This document shows, one piece after another, positions 37,563 to 39,464 of a stretch of DNA of 39,464 bases. Location of the stretch: the IMG/VR virus record IMGVR_UViG_3300048670_000627, positions 1 through 39,464 of that record, one strand, 5' to 3'. The DNA comes from a virus (Duplodnaviria; Caudoviricetes). Below the pieces are notes generated by a model. That model saw only the letters and a list, made by a program, of their open reading frames with translations. It was not told the DNA's origin and did not search any database. Position 1 is the stretch's first letter, and each line of letters opens with the position of its first letter. Made by a program: the position numbers and the translations under genes.

Positions 37563-38048
37563 TTATTTTTTTCTTAACATTTTGAAATCTTGTCCATCAA
37601 GCTTTCCGTTTTTATTCATATCAATTTTATGTTGGTCACCTTTAAGTCCAAGCCTTTCTTGCATTTGTTCTTCACTAATTTCTGCGATTTCAAAGTAACG
37701 TCCTAAAACGTGCCCCATATCTTCGTATAGTGCCTCAAGTCTTTCTTCTTGACTTCTAGCTTCAACTGCCTCTTTCTCAAACTTCTTTTGTAAGTTCTTT
37801 AGCTCCCCCATATTACGCTTGATTGTAACTCTATCAAACCAATCACCTGCCTCACGTAAAGTGTACTCCTGAGCCGCATCAGCAATTGCACCTAATGTCT
37901 CTGCTATATTACGAATATCTGATTTGCGAGTCATGCCCTCTCTATGTTGTCCGTAGGTAGATATGATTTCCAAAAAATGCTTTTTTAGTTCAGTTGGCAT
38001 TTGTTGGTATTCTTCGGTTTCTTTTAATATATCCTTTAAACGTATCAT
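37563..38048 (-). CDS. Putative prohead core/internal protein with a C-terminal EF-hand-like loop
   Basis: MIRLKDILKE leader; ends IDMNKNGKLDGQDFKMLRKK. Confidence 0.65.
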   Translation of the reverse strand: MIRLKDILKETEEYQQMPTELKKHFLEIISTYGQHREGMTRKSDIRNIAETLGAIADAAQEYTLREAGDWFDRVTIKRNMGELKNLQKKFEKEAVEARSQEERLEALYEDMGHVLGRYFEIAEISEEQMQERLGLKGDQHKIDMNKNGKLDGQDFKMLRKK

Positions 38049-38058
38049 AAATTATTTT

Positions 38059-38427
38059 TTAATATCCTTTGTACCAATTTTTATCTCCACCGTGATTTTT
38101 ATCAAATGCTAATAAAAACGATTTTAATGCTTTTGCTTTTTCCAATGCTTTTGATTGGTCACCACCACTAAGATATACTCGTTTTATTTGTGCCTCCAAT
38201 TTACCACTGCGAATATCATCCACTTTGAAACTATCTCTTGGAAACATACTTGCAAATTTGAAAACATCTTCCGAAGTTAATCCAGATGCTTTTACATCTT
38301 TCATAGCTGATTGGATTTCCTTTTCATCTTCGTATGTAGATTCCGCATTCTTCTTCATAAACTTAACAGCGCTTGCTAACTTTGAATTTGCTGCGAAGGC
38401 TTCGGATAATAAATCTTTTAGTTTCAT
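38059..38427 (-). CDS. Putative internal head protein
   Basis: MKLKDLLSEA leader; located in the head module. Confidence 0.6.
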   Translation of the reverse strand: MKLKDLLSEAFAANSKLASAVKFMKKNAESTYEDEKEIQSAMKDVKASGLTSEDVFKFASMFPRDSFKVDDIRSGKLEAQIKRVYLSGGDQSKALEKAKALKSFLLAFDKNHGGDKNWYKGY

Positions 38428-38739
38428 TTATTTGCGTTTTTTGTTCTCACCCATAAAATCGTGGTCATCGTTTCCGGTCTTTTGACGTTTAACAACATCG
38501 TACTTTTTAAGTTTTAATACGGCCTGGTTTAATTCTGATGTTGTGATTCCCATTGAATCCATCACTCTGGCTATTACTGCTTGCTCTTTCTTTTTTGGAA
38601 GATTATAGGATTTGATTGTTTGTACCAATCTTTCTAAAAAGCGTTCTACCTTTGATGGTAATGCTACATCCATATCTTGTAAAGCTTCATTTTGCTTTGG
38701 CTTTTGATTAGCCGGTATTAGATTTATTAATTTTGCCAT
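38428..38739 (-). CDS. Small head-module protein
   Basis: MAKLINLIP...QNEA; ATATTTATA 12 nt upstream (38752-38760). Confidence 0.6.
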   Translation of the reverse strand: MAKLINLIPANQKPKQNEALQDMDVALPSKVERFLERLVQTIKSYNLPKKKEQAVIARVMDSMGITTSELNQAVLKLKKYDVVKRQKTGNDDHDFMGENKKRK

Positions 38740-38761
38740 TTTACTTTTTATTATAAATATA

Positions 38762-39352
38762 TTAATTTAAATCAATTAGGATTTCTCTCATTAAGTCGTG
38801 TGAGCGACACCATTTGCCACATTCATCTGCTATTTTCTGCCATTGCTTGCTTTCGTTCATCGGTGCCATAAATGCCCCATGCGTTGAGGGGTTTGAAACG
38901 AAGTCCCAGCCTACTAATTCAAAATCTTCCTGCACCATTACAGTGCCATCATTCATTTCTTTTACAGAACCAAGTCCTCTACTACTAATACCCAATCGGA
39001 TATTATTTTTTAGAAGTTCTCTTAGTATATTTCCAGATGGAGTTGAAAGTATCTCCACAGTACCACATACATCATCACCTTCCCAATAGATTTCTCTAAT
39101 ATTATGAGAAACATTTTTAAGATTGATTACAGGTGAATCGGGGTGGTCAAGCTCTCCCAAAGCACGTCTTTCTTTAATAAGTTGTTCGTATTTCTGACAT
39201 TCTCTTTTAAGAATTTCTTTTGGGTATCTACGATTATTTTGATTTGGTGCACCTGCTCTTTGCAAAATACCCTTAACAAGAAAAGTTCCATTTTCTTCTT
39301 CACGTATCTTTGCTTCAAAAAGGTGTGTTTCTATTAAGAGTCCTTTGTTCAT
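38762..39352 (-). CDS. Prohead core protease (T4 gp21-like)
   Basis: NQNNRRYP, ALGELDHP, VSH, TPSGNI, LGISSRGLGS, DFVSNPS. Confidence 0.95.
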   Translation of the reverse strand: MNKGLLIETHLFEAKIREEENGTFLVKGILQRAGAPNQNNRRYPKEILKRECQKYEQLIKERRALGELDHPDSPVINLKNVSHNIREIYWEGDDVCGTVEILSTPSGNILRELLKNNIRLGISSRGLGSVKEMNDGTVMVQEDFELVGWDFVSNPSTHGAFMAPMNESKQWQKIADECGKWCRSHDLMREILIDLN

Positions 39353-39464
39353 TACTTTATATCGTTTTTAACTTTTGTTGCAATATTATTCATTAAAGAT
39401 GAATTGTTCCATGCATTTGAAATAGTTTTAATCAAACTATCTTCAAAATCTTTTTTATATTTCT
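39352..39464 (-). CDS. 3' end of an unidentified gene (partial)
   Basis: Open frame KYKKDFEDSLIKTISNAWNNSSLMNNIATKVKNDIK* whose TAA overlaps the protease ATG (TAATG). Confidence 0.6.
   Translation of the reverse strand, partial: KYKKDFEDSLIKTISNAWNNSSLMNNIATKVKNDIK

Noticed and set aside
574-39337. All plus-strand ORFs in the track and the short nested minus-strand ORFs (e.g. 8158-8340, 24333-24563, 32188-32370, 36194-36385, 39127-39318)
   Set aside because: They are antisense or out-of-frame shadows of well-supported genes and show no recognisable motifs.
1-39464. Stop-codon reassignment as seen in some large Bacteroidota phages
   Set aside because: Core genes are full length and densely packed in the standard code, and TAG appears to end the fibre gene at 28361.

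Overview
This window is a fragment of a large, AT-rich T4-like (myovirus) phage genome with every credible gene on the minus strand. In transcription order (right to left) it holds: a head module (prohead protease, three small head proteins, a ferritin, scaffold, major capsid protein); neck and tail-completion genes (gp13/14/15-like); a block of Ser/Thr/Gly-rich fibre and adaptor genes; tail sheath, tube, a chaperone with a probable +1 frameshift, a 1987-aa tape measure protein and baseplate genes; a short divergent family A polymerase; a cassette of five putative head-packaged proteins; and replication/recombination genes (gp32-like SSB, truncated RecA). TTTG-N19/20-TAnnTTTG-like promoters and A-rich starts without obvious Shine-Dalgarno sites point to a Bacteroidota host. 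The strongest leads are: (1) a polymorphic cargo cassette with constant N-terminal leaders and variable C-termini, one of them an HNH nuclease; (2) a PolA-family enzyme lacking the steric-gate Glu; (3) a recurring ATATTTAT motif upstream of late genes that is the reverse complement of the T4 late promoter; (4) virion-wide (S/T)-(G/A/S)-S tripeptides; (5) structured leaders before the scaffold and SSB genes. All assignments come from reading motifs and gene order by eye; no database search was run.
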